From Pseudobdellovibrio sp. HCB154 (GTDB taxonomy: Bacteria; Bdellovibrionota; Bdellovibrionia; Bdellovibrionales; Bdellovibrionaceae): a DNA stretch of 24,000 nucleotides. Position 1 is the first letter of the stretch. Every line of letters starts with the position of its first letter. The stretch is taken from the NCBI RefSeq assembly GCF_046267985.1, contig NZ_CP176530.1:478881-502880 (forward strand), written 5' to 3'. A program made the position numbers and the translations under genes. Below, one piece after another: positions 14,804 to 22,343 of this stretch. The notes below the pieces were generated by a model. It ran no database searches and was not told the DNA's origin. It saw nothing but the letters and a program-made list of their open reading frames with translations.

Positions 14804-16036
14804 CTACTTTACTTTTTGCCTTTCGCCAAACAAAACCGTGCCGATTCGAATCCATGTCGCACCTTCTTTCAAGGCGACTTCGTAATCGTGGCTGGTTCCC
14901 ATCGAGAGCTCTTTGACTTGTAAGCGATCGGCCAAAGTTTTTAATTTTTTAAAATGAACTTGATTGTCTAAAGCCTGATTTTGCAGGGGAGGCATGGTCA
15001 TAAGCCCCACAATTTTTATATGAGCCAATTGAGTCAATTTATCCCAAGCGGCGAGAACGCTGGATTCGTCGAAACCCGCCTTGGTAGCTTCGTTCGCAAG
15101 ATTTACTTGAATAAAAACTTTTTGCACATGCCCGATTTCAGACGCTTTTTTTGAAACTAATTCGGCCAGTTCCAAAGAATCAATGGCGTGCAAATAAGCA
15201 AAGTTGTTTTTTAAATACTTTACTTTGTTTTTTTGAATCGGGCCGATCAGATGCCATTCTAAATTTAAATCTTTTAAGGCCTCGATTTTTTCTAAAGCCT
15301 CTTGAATATAGTTTTCACCAAAAGCCTTTTGGCCTTGTGAAACCAGTTCACGGATTTTTTCCAACGGTTGTAGTTTACTCACCGCTAGTAAATGTTGGTC
15401 AGCATTCAGTTTAGCTTTAATTTGTGAAAGGGCTGATTTTTCAAATGACCAATTCTTAGAGGTAAAGATTTTTTCTAATGCCGAAAGTGGAAGTCCAACG
15501 ACATTGTTGTAATCACCAACAAACTTTTCCACAAATTTTCCACCAAGACCTTGAATGGCGTAAGAGCCGGCTTTATCCATCGGTTCACCGGTTTTGATGT
15601 AATCCCAGATGTCTTCATCACGCAGGTTTTTGAAAAAAACTTGTGATGTCTCGATATGAGACGTGACTTCAGGTCCAGATTGACCAGCCCCTTGGTCCAG
15701 CAGGATGATCGCGGTTTTTACTTCGTGCATTTTGCCTGAAAGTTTCTTCAAAGTATCAAATGCATCCTGTTCGTTTTCAGGTTTGCCGATCGCTGAATTT
15801 TCTAAACAAACCATGGTGTCCGAAGCCAAAATAATATTGCTCGGATTTTTATCAGGACATAGGTCTAGGCAGGCCAGGGCTTTTCGTTTCGCAATGTCGA
15901 TTATCTGCTCGTCTAAGCTTAGGTTTTCATTCGGAATTTCCGATATGAAGACTGGGAATGAGACAAAATAATAACCGGCTTTTTTCAGAATTTCTGCGCG
16001 CCGCGGAGATTGCGAAGCTAGGACAATTTTTTTCAT
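14804..16036 (-). CDS. maf-yggS: Fusion protein: Maf nucleoside-triphosphate pyrophosphatase (N-terminal, about aa 1-192) plus YggS/PLPBP pyridoxal-phosphate homeostasis protein (C-terminal, about aa 200-410)
   Basis: The N-terminus has IVLASQSPRRAEIL, ILASDTMV and KAGSYAIQG, which are Maf motifs. The C-terminus has LLAVSK(221)LQP (PLP lysine), FGENYIQE, WHLIGPIQKNK, LSMGTSHDY and IRIGTVLFG, which are YggS motifs. It is a single uninterrupted 410-aa frame. Confidence 0.9.
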   Translation of the reverse strand: MKKIVLASQSPRRAEILKKAGYYFVSFPVFISEIPNENLSLDEQIIDIAKRKALACLDLCPDKNPSNIILASDTMVCLENSAIGKPENEQDAFDTLKKLSGKMHEVKTAIILLDQGAGQSGPEVTSHIETSQVFFKNLRDEDIWDYIKTGEPMDKAGSYAIQGLGGKFVEKFVGDYNNVVGLPLSALEKIFTSKNWSFEKSALSQIKAKLNADQHLLAVSKLQPLEKIRELVSQGQKAFGENYIQEALEKIEALKDLNLEWHLIGPIQKNKVKYLKNNFAYLHAIDSLELAELVSKKASEIGHVQKVFIQVNLANEATKAGFDESSVLAAWDKLTQLAHIKIVGLMTMPPLQNQALDNQVHFKKLKTLADRLQVKELSMGTSHDYEVALKEGATWIRIGTVLFGERQKVK

Positions 16037-16067
16037 TCAACCAAATTTATAAACCAAAAGAGGATCT

Positions 16068-16976
16068 ATGGGTAGTGCTGAACTCATGTTATTTACTGGT
16101 CTCATCCTAGCGGGTGTGGCGGTTTATCTTTTCATGACTTCCATTTTGGCGGGGAAGCCCGGCGAAGCGCAATTGCAATGGGCCAGCGGTACTGAACCGA
16201 TTAAATCTAAAAATGGAATCATCAATCTTTGCCGTCCGATGGTGCATCAGTTTACTCTGCAGCACGCAGCAAAATTTAAATCTGAGGCTTATCGTAAAAA
16301 AATCCGTCACTTGATCAAAACTGGCGGCATGACATCTGAGATGAACGAAGATGAATTTATCGGTTACCAAATTTTCTTAGGTATCGCTTTTCCGATTTTT
16401 TTAATCATCATGAACTTTTCGTTAGACTTAGGATTTTCTCCGATGATCTTGGCGATGTTAGGCGTTGTGGGTTGGTTCATGCCACAGATGCACTGTAAGG
16501 CGCAGAAGAACGTAAGAACATTAAGCGTTCAGCAAGACATGCCATTTTTTATCGACCTACTTGCGCTTTCAGTTGAAGCGGGTCTTGATTTCTTCGGCGC
16601 GATTCAAAAAATCGTAGATAAAGTGGCTGACGAAAATTCAGTTTTAGCTGAAGAATTTAAAACAGTTTTAAAAGATATCAAAATTGGTTCATCAAAAACA
16701 GATGCGTTAAAAGAAATGGCCGCTCGCTTAGACATGCCAGAGATCACATCTTTCGTAGCCGTGTTAATTGATGCCGAAGCAACAGGCGCTTCAATTTCGC
16801 AAGTGTTAAAAGACCAATCGGTGCAAATGCGTTTAGAGCGCTTTGTTCGTGCGGAAAAAGCCGGAGCGCGTGCTTCGCAATTAATTTTACTTCCATTAAT
16901 GGGATTTATTTTACCAGCCGTATTCATCATGGTTTTCGGACCAGTGATTTTAGGCTTTGTGTACGGAAAGAATTAA
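16068..16976 (+). CDS. Type II secretion system F-domain protein, TadB/TadC-like (Flp/Tad-type inner-membrane platform), orphan
   Basis: 302-aa ORF with an AGAGGA SD 5 nt upstream. It has an N-terminal TM, two central TMs and a single T2SS-F domain (MPFFIDLLALSVEAGLDFFGAIQKI...GSSKTDALKEMAARLDMPEITSFVAVLIDAEATGASISQVLKDQSVQMRLERFVRAEKAGARASQLILLPLMGFILPAVFIMVFGP). Confidence 0.85.
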   Translation: MGSAELMLFTGLILAGVAVYLFMTSILAGKPGEAQLQWASGTEPIKSKNGIINLCRPMVHQFTLQHAAKFKSEAYRKKIRHLIKTGGMTSEMNEDEFIGYQIFLGIAFPIFLIIMNFSLDLGFSPMILAMLGVVGWFMPQMHCKAQKNVRTLSVQQDMPFFIDLLALSVEAGLDFFGAIQKIVDKVADENSVLAEEFKTVLKDIKIGSSKTDALKEMAARLDMPEITSFVAVLIDAEATGASISQVLKDQSVQMRLERFVRAEKAGARASQLILLPLMGFILPAVFIMVFGPVILGFVYGKN

Positions 16977-16979
16977 AAG

Positions 16980-17336
16980 ATGGCAAAACTTTACAAGATT
17001 CAACATGGGGATAAAGCCGAGCTTCTGATTGAAAATCTGGAGTTGGCGGAATCATTTTTTGCCCGTGGTAAAGGGTTGTTAGGCCGAAAATCTTTAAGCC
17101 CGAATGCGGCGTTATGGATTAAGCCTTGTAACAACATTCACACCTTTTTTATGAATTTTGCGATCGATTGCATTTTTGTGAATAAAAAAATGGAAATTGA
17201 AAAAATAGTATCCGTTGTAAAACCCTATAAGATCATTGGGCCTTTTTGGAAAGCATCATCAGTCGTAGAAACAGCAGCTGGCAATGCAGAAAAGTGGAAC
17301 CTTCAGGTAGGAGATCAGTTATATGTGGTCAGTTAG
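16980..17336 (+). CDS. DUF192 (COG1430) domain protein
   Basis: 118-aa ORF that starts 3 nt after the upstream stop. The pattern LELAESFFARGKGLLGRKSL...ALWIKPCNNIHTFFMNFAIDCIFVNK...VVETAAG matches the DUF192 consensus (A.t...R..GLm.r..l....gmlf.......ihm.....plDi.f.d). Confidence 0.8.
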   Translation: MAKLYKIQHGDKAELLIENLELAESFFARGKGLLGRKSLSPNAALWIKPCNNIHTFFMNFAIDCIFVNKKMEIEKIVSVVKPYKIIGPFWKASSVVETAAGNAEKWNLQVGDQLYVVS

Positions 17337-18990
17337 AGTATTATCCGGCCCACAAACCGGACAGATCTTTGATTTAAAGATGGGAAAAAACCTGTTAGGT
17401 CGGGGAATGAGCTGTGATTTTAAAATCACTTCAGGCGGTATTTCGAAAGAGCACTGCGAGATTCACGTATATAAAGATAAAGTGATCGTGGTTGATTTAA
17501 AATCAAGTAACGGAACATTCGTTAATGGCGTAAAAATTCAGAATTCAATTATTAAGTTAGGCGATAAAGTCAGTGTGTTCGACGTAATTATGGATGTAAT
17601 TCCTTCACCGGATATTCGTCCAAAACCATCAGCACCGGCTCCACGCCCGTTAGTGCCGCGCCCACGTCCGCCGGCACAACCAAGACAAATGCCTCCGCAA
17701 ATGTACCAGCAACCCCCAGCATTTCCGACGCAAGGTGGAGCGGCGATGCAAATGCAATATCAGCAGCAAATGCCACCGATGCAAGGTGTGCCGCCACAAA
17801 ATAATTTTGGTGCAGCCGTTGAGCCGCAAAAAACATTGGGTGAGCGCATTGATGACTACATGGAAAATGTAGTGATGCCGGTATTTTATAAAATGTCGGT
17901 GGTGTTTCCATTTAAACAAGTGTTAATGGGCATGATGATTCTCTTTGTGGTGTTTGTCACAATGGCGTCGATTTTTCCTCTGACAACTATTTTAAAAGAA
18001 TCAAATTTTAATGAAGCTTCAAAACGTGCTAAATCTGTGGCGCGTGCCATGGCTCGTATCAATGAGCAGGCACTTCTGTCTGGACAGCTAAATAATCTAA
18101 ATGTCAGTGAAGCTTTAAAAGAAGATGGTATTAAAGAAGCAATCATTATCCAACAAGCTGACGGGGCGATCGTTGCGCCGACAGAAAAAGTGGGTCGTGA
18201 TATGTCTAAGGGCTTTGTGATTCAGGCGCGTAAAGAACCACGTGCCATGGCTGCGCAAGTTGATGATAACACAATTGGCGCAAGTCATCCGATTGCAGCG
18301 TACGATCCATTATCTGGTGAAACAGCCGTTAAATACGTAGCTATCGTATTCTATGATGTCAGTTCATTAAATGTAGATGATGGCCGCGTGGTGAGTTTAT
18401 TCATGCAGACATTAGTTATTTCAGCTCTATTTGGTATTGTTTTATATCTATTATTTGCACGTCTTATCGAATATCCACTGCGTGCTTTGAATAAACAGAT
18501 TGATACGGCCTTACGTGAAAAAACAGATCGCACTGAAGTGGCGTTTGATTATCCAGAGTTACAAAAATCTGTAGCGAATGTGAATTTACTTTTAAACCGT
18601 TTATGGAATGGTTTAAGCGATTCTGAAAACATGAAACCTACGCAAAATCGCGATGTGGAATTTTCACAAATGGTGAATATGATCACGCAACCTGCGGCGG
18701 TGATTAATGTGAGTGGCTCGGTGGTTTCATGCAATCACCAATTTGCAACATTAGTGCAAACATCGCCAGAAGCGTTAGTTTCGCAAAACTACAACACGAT
18801 TGTAGACCCGGCGATGGTGCAAAACATTGAAAGTTTAATTACGCGTGCAAAAGAATCTGTTTATGAAACGCATAGAGATAAAATTCCGTTCTCACAATTT
18901 GAGTGCGAAATTAATTTACAAGCGTTTTTAGACAGTGCCGGTGCACCAGAGTATTTCTTTGTAAGTTTATCTAAGGTGAATCAGGAGTAA
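17323..18990 (+). CDS. FHA-domain membrane protein with sensor-like architecture (FHA, P/Q-rich linker, TM, about 135-aa periplasmic loop, TM, HAMP-like, PAS-like; no output enzyme)
   Basis: 555-aa ORF that overlaps the DUF192 gene by 14 nt, with a GGAG SD 9 nt upstream. Canonical FHA residues are LLGR(27)G, S(41)KEH and SSN(63)GTFVNG. The linker spans aa 95-170. Hydrophobic segments lie at about 198-220 and 357-380. EYPLRALNKQID resembles a HAMP start. The C-terminal region of about 110 aa (MITQPAAVINVSGSVVSCNHQFATLV...YFFVSLSKV) resembles PAS. Confidence 0.85.
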   Translation: MWSVRVLSGPQTGQIFDLKMGKNLLGRGMSCDFKITSGGISKEHCEIHVYKDKVIVVDLKSSNGTFVNGVKIQNSIIKLGDKVSVFDVIMDVIPSPDIRPKPSAPAPRPLVPRPRPPAQPRQMPPQMYQQPPAFPTQGGAAMQMQYQQQMPPMQGVPPQNNFGAAVEPQKTLGERIDDYMENVVMPVFYKMSVVFPFKQVLMGMMILFVVFVTMASIFPLTTILKESNFNEASKRAKSVARAMARINEQALLSGQLNNLNVSEALKEDGIKEAIIIQQADGAIVAPTEKVGRDMSKGFVIQARKEPRAMAAQVDDNTIGASHPIAAYDPLSGETAVKYVAIVFYDVSSLNVDDGRVVSLFMQTLVISALFGIVLYLLFARLIEYPLRALNKQIDTALREKTDRTEVAFDYPELQKSVANVNLLLNRLWNGLSDSENMKPTQNRDVEFSQMVNMITQPAAVINVSGSVVSCNHQFATLVQTSPEALVSQNYNTIVDPAMVQNIESLITRAKESVYETHRDKIPFSQFECEINLQAFLDSAGAPEYFFVSLSKVNQE

Positions 18991-18999
18991 GGCTAAGTA

Positions 19000-20259
19000 A
19001 TGTCAACGGCTGAAAAGCTACAACCCGCAGTTCAGATTAAATTGAAAGTGCTGAAAGGACCGCACGAAGGGCAGTCTTTTCATCTTTCAAAGAGCTCATT
19101 TACTGTGGGTCGTGGCCCAGAGAATGAGGTCGTTTTAATTAATGACCCGCAGATCAGCCGTCAGCATGCGCGTTTACAAGTGGTTGGCCAAGATATCGAG
19201 ATCATCAACTTATCTAAGAAAAATAAAGTGATGGTGGGATCAGAAGAAATCCAAAAATGGAAACTGATCAACGATTCAACTTTCATGTTGGGTGATACCG
19301 AAATTCAAATCGCCTTTGAAATTGAAAAATTAACACCGATGACGCCAGGTCCGCAATTAGTGCGCACGGATTTACCGGCTGTGCCCGTGGGGTTAGATCT
19401 GAATCCTCCGCCAGCTCCAGCGGCAACACCGCAAGCGAAAAAAACGCCAGCGATGACTCCGCTGCAACCGCAAGCGCCACGCAAGCGACCGATGCCGCCT
19501 CCGGCAAATCGCCAGCAAGTTCCTGCAAATCGTCAGGGGCAAGTGCAAGCACGCGGTCCGATGCAACCAGGCAGACCAGGCCCGCAAGGGCAGATGATGC
19601 CGCGACCAAATCAGCAAATGGGTCCGCAGTTTATTCCAGAAATGGGAATGGGAGCACCACGCCCAGCTACGAATTCTCAAGCAAATAGTGGTGGTGGATT
19701 ACTGGCTAATCCGAAAGCGCGTTTTTATTTAATTGTTGGAGCGATAGTCTTAGGTCTAGTTTATTGGTTAAATATGGAAGAGCCGAAGAAGCCTCAGTCG
19801 AATGAAATTAAATCGACTCTGAAATACGAAGATGAATATCTTCTTAAGCAAAACTCGGTGGCTGAAAAAGAACTGGACCAAAAGCGTAAGGCAAAACTTG
19901 AACAAAAGATGTCGCCGACAAATTTACGTGTTGAAGAGAACTTTCAAAAAGGCATGCGCGATTATCAGCTAGGTAATTACACGCGTGCCCTAGACTTTTT
20001 TCAGGTGGTGTTAAACTTAGATGCCAGCCATGTGATGGCTCGCCGTCATTTATACTTAGCTAAAATCCGCTTCGATGAGATCGTAAAAGCGAAATTAGCA
20101 CTTGGAGAAAGTTATTATCAGAAGCATAATTTTAAAATGTGCAAGGCGATGTACCAGCAAGTTTTGATTATGCTTCAGGGAAAAAACAACGATCAAAGTT
20201 ATCAAACAGCCCAAAGCATGTCAGAAAAATGTGGTCTGGCCGCTGAGGGAATTCGTTAG
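19000..20259 (+). CDS. FHA-domain membrane protein (FHA, P/Q-rich linker, single TM, TPR-like C-terminal domain)
   Basis: 419-aa ORF. FHA residues are VGR(38)G and S(53)RQH, with a divergent third motif SKKNKVMVG. The linker spans aa 110-232 (PPPAPAATPQ...GRPGPQGQMMPRPNQQMGPQ). The TM is FYLIVGAIVLGLVYWL. The C-terminus has TPR-like helices (YQLGNYTRALDFFQVVLNLD, YYQKHNFKMCKAMYQQVL). Confidence 0.85.
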   Translation: MSTAEKLQPAVQIKLKVLKGPHEGQSFHLSKSSFTVGRGPENEVVLINDPQISRQHARLQVVGQDIEIINLSKKNKVMVGSEEIQKWKLINDSTFMLGDTEIQIAFEIEKLTPMTPGPQLVRTDLPAVPVGLDLNPPPAPAATPQAKKTPAMTPLQPQAPRKRPMPPPANRQQVPANRQGQVQARGPMQPGRPGPQGQMMPRPNQQMGPQFIPEMGMGAPRPATNSQANSGGGLLANPKARFYLIVGAIVLGLVYWLNMEEPKKPQSNEIKSTLKYEDEYLLKQNSVAEKELDQKRKAKLEQKMSPTNLRVEENFQKGMRDYQLGNYTRALDFFQVVLNLDASHVMARRHLYLAKIRFDEIVKAKLALGESYYQKHNFKMCKAMYQQVLIMLQGKNNDQSYQTAQSMSEKCGLAAEGIR

Positions 20260-22341
20260 ATGTCGAGATTAAAAGTATTACTAAGGGGAGCACAGATCAG
20301 TGACTTAAACCTTAGCCCTGACCGTGAATATGTCGGTGGGCGTAAGGAAAGTTGCGATATCCGTTTGCAACCTGAAAAAGGCATCTCGCGCGAACATTTC
20401 AAATTAAAATTTGAAGAAGGCCGTTGGGTTTTAACCTCGTTATCACGTTTCGGCGAAATTTTTTCTGTGGGCCAAAGAGTTGAATCAACGCCTCTTGAAC
20501 ATGGCCAGGTTTTTCAAATTCCACCGTATGAATTTATTTTAAGTGATGTTCCTGATTCGGCCAGCGATTCGGTGAACGCCAGCGAAATGCCTGAGGCCGG
20601 TGAGAATGAACGCACGGTTATCGGTGTTGCTCAACAAGTGCCGTACATCAAAATGATGTCGTCTGACGGGCAAGTGCGCGAAATGCTTCGTCTGGAAGTG
20701 GGCGATGTGTGGGCCGCGGGCCGCGATCCTTCGTGCCAAATTATTATTCCTGATCAACGTGTTTCGCGTCGTCAGTTTGAAGTTAGAAAAATTAACGGCA
20801 TTTACACGATTATCGACTTAACAAGTGTGAACGGAACTTTCTTAAACGGTTCACCAATTTCAAGCACTGATCCACAGCCGTTAAAATCAGGTGATGCGAT
20901 CACGGTTCTTGATAATACAATGTATTTCGAACTTCATGACCCGAACTTTCAATACCGTATGGAACGTATCGAAGTTCCTCCAATGCAAATGGGTGGAGCG
21001 GGCGTTGATGACGTGGTTGAAGAAGTTCCGCTTGAAGAAGTGCCTTACGAAGAAGAATATGATCCGAACCAGGATATGAATTATCCGCAGGAAATTGATC
21101 AAGGTTATTATCAAGATCAATTAAATCCGGATGGTTCACCGTTTACCGGTATGCCGCCAGGCCAAATGCAGGGTGACTACTACACTATGCAAGGGGCCGA
21201 GGGTGTCGCACCTGAACAACAAGGTCCACCACCAAGCCCGATCAAACAGGCTTGGACTCGTTTTAAAAATAACAAGCCGGTATTTTATTCGGTTGTCGCT
21301 TTATTTTTAGTGGGTATGTATTTCTTAAGCGAAATGCTGAATGAACCTACTCCACAAAAAGCAACGCAACAGCAAGCATTTAATCCGGACGATCCCTTAT
21401 CACGTTTAAAACCTGAAGAGCGTGAAAATATCAGTCTCTGGTATAACAATGCCGAAAAAGCTTTACGTCAGCAGGCCTTCACGATTGCTAAAGAAAATTT
21501 AGATAATATTCATAAACTTTTACCTTTAGGTTATAAAGATTCAAAACTTTACGAAGCTGAAGCCTTAAACGGTGAGCAAACTCTTTTAACACAACAAGAA
21601 ACTGAACGTCGTGATAAAGAGCAAGCTGAATTACAGGCTTTAATCAAATCCACTTTGGAAAAGTGTGAAAAATCAATCGTGCCAGAAACAACACCTGAAG
21701 GTTTACAAGAGTGTTTGGCGCCAGTGACAATCAACGACCCGACAAATGCTGACGCCGAAAGAATGATTAGCAAAGTTCGCCAAACGATTGCCGACCGTCA
21801 AGCTAAAGAAGATGCTGAACGTGTGGCTAAACAGCAGCGCGAAGATATGAAAGCTATTTTTGAACGTGCTGAAGAAGTTCATAAAACCGGTTTTCCGAAA
21901 AAAGCGATTAAAGCTTATAACGAAGTTTTAGCCAGCGATTTACCAGATCCAGATGGTTACAAAGATATTTCAAAACAACGTATTAAGTTTATCGAGAAAA
22001 AATTAGCAGAACGTAATCAAAACAACATCAGCAATGCCGAAACTTTCCTTAAAGACGGAAAACTTAAAGAAGGCATTATGGCCTTACGTGCAGCGCTGTT
22101 ATTTGATCCAGATAACCAAACGATCAAAGATAAAATTGAGCGTTATTCAAATGATTTAAGAAACCAGGTTAAGGTGATGTACCAAGAATCCATCATCGAT
22201 GAAAACTTTGGTTACGTAGACGGGTCTGATAATAGACCGGGCGCTAAAGACAAATGGAAAAAAATTATTGAAATCGACCTTGAAGATGGTGATTACTACC
22301 GTAAGGCCTTCATTAAACTTAGACGCTACGGAGTTTTCTAG
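20260..22341 (+). CDS. Tandem-FHA membrane protein (FHA1, FHA2, acidic/P-Q linker, single TM, long coiled-coil/TPR-like C-terminal domain)
   Basis: 693-aa ORF whose ATG directly abuts the upstream TAG. FHA1 has GGR(28), S(43)REH and a divergent SRFGEIFSVG. FHA2 has AGR(155)D, S(169)RRQ and a canonical SVN(191)GTFLNG. The TM is VFYSVVALFLVGMYFL (about aa 340-357). The C-terminal 330 aa are charged and helical with TPR-like repeats (AIKAYNEVLASD, GIMALRAALLFDPDN). Confidence 0.85.
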   Translation: MSRLKVLLRGAQISDLNLSPDREYVGGRKESCDIRLQPEKGISREHFKLKFEEGRWVLTSLSRFGEIFSVGQRVESTPLEHGQVFQIPPYEFILSDVPDSASDSVNASEMPEAGENERTVIGVAQQVPYIKMMSSDGQVREMLRLEVGDVWAAGRDPSCQIIIPDQRVSRRQFEVRKINGIYTIIDLTSVNGTFLNGSPISSTDPQPLKSGDAITVLDNTMYFELHDPNFQYRMERIEVPPMQMGGAGVDDVVEEVPLEEVPYEEEYDPNQDMNYPQEIDQGYYQDQLNPDGSPFTGMPPGQMQGDYYTMQGAEGVAPEQQGPPPSPIKQAWTRFKNNKPVFYSVVALFLVGMYFLSEMLNEPTPQKATQQQAFNPDDPLSRLKPEERENISLWYNNAEKALRQQAFTIAKENLDNIHKLLPLGYKDSKLYEAEALNGEQTLLTQQETERRDKEQAELQALIKSTLEKCEKSIVPETTPEGLQECLAPVTINDPTNADAERMISKVRQTIADRQAKEDAERVAKQQREDMKAIFERAEEVHKTGFPKKAIKAYNEVLASDLPDPDGYKDISKQRIKFIEKKLAERNQNNISNAETFLKDGKLKEGIMALRAALLFDPDNQTIKDKIERYSNDLRNQVKVMYQESIIDENFGYVDGSDNRPGAKDKWKKIIEIDLEDGDYYRKAFIKLRRYGVF

Positions 22342-22343
22342 TC

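Noticed and set aside
14843-14853. GATTCGAATCC, a tRNA T-loop-like string
   Set aside because: The flanking bases do not form a T-stem, and no acceptor, D or anticodon arms can be drawn. It lies inside the YggS C-terminal motif IRIGTVLFG on the other strand, so it is a coincidence.
17588-21773. Many minus-strand ORFs (for example 17588..17911, 17650..17919, 19283..19609, 19393..19680, 20539..20757, 20887..21139, 21549..21773) opposite the FHA genes
   Set aside because: They cluster exactly over the Pro/Gln-rich linker codons, where GC-rich stop-poor antisense frames are expected. Their translations are Arg/His/Leu-rich nonsense, and they overlap confidently called sense genes.
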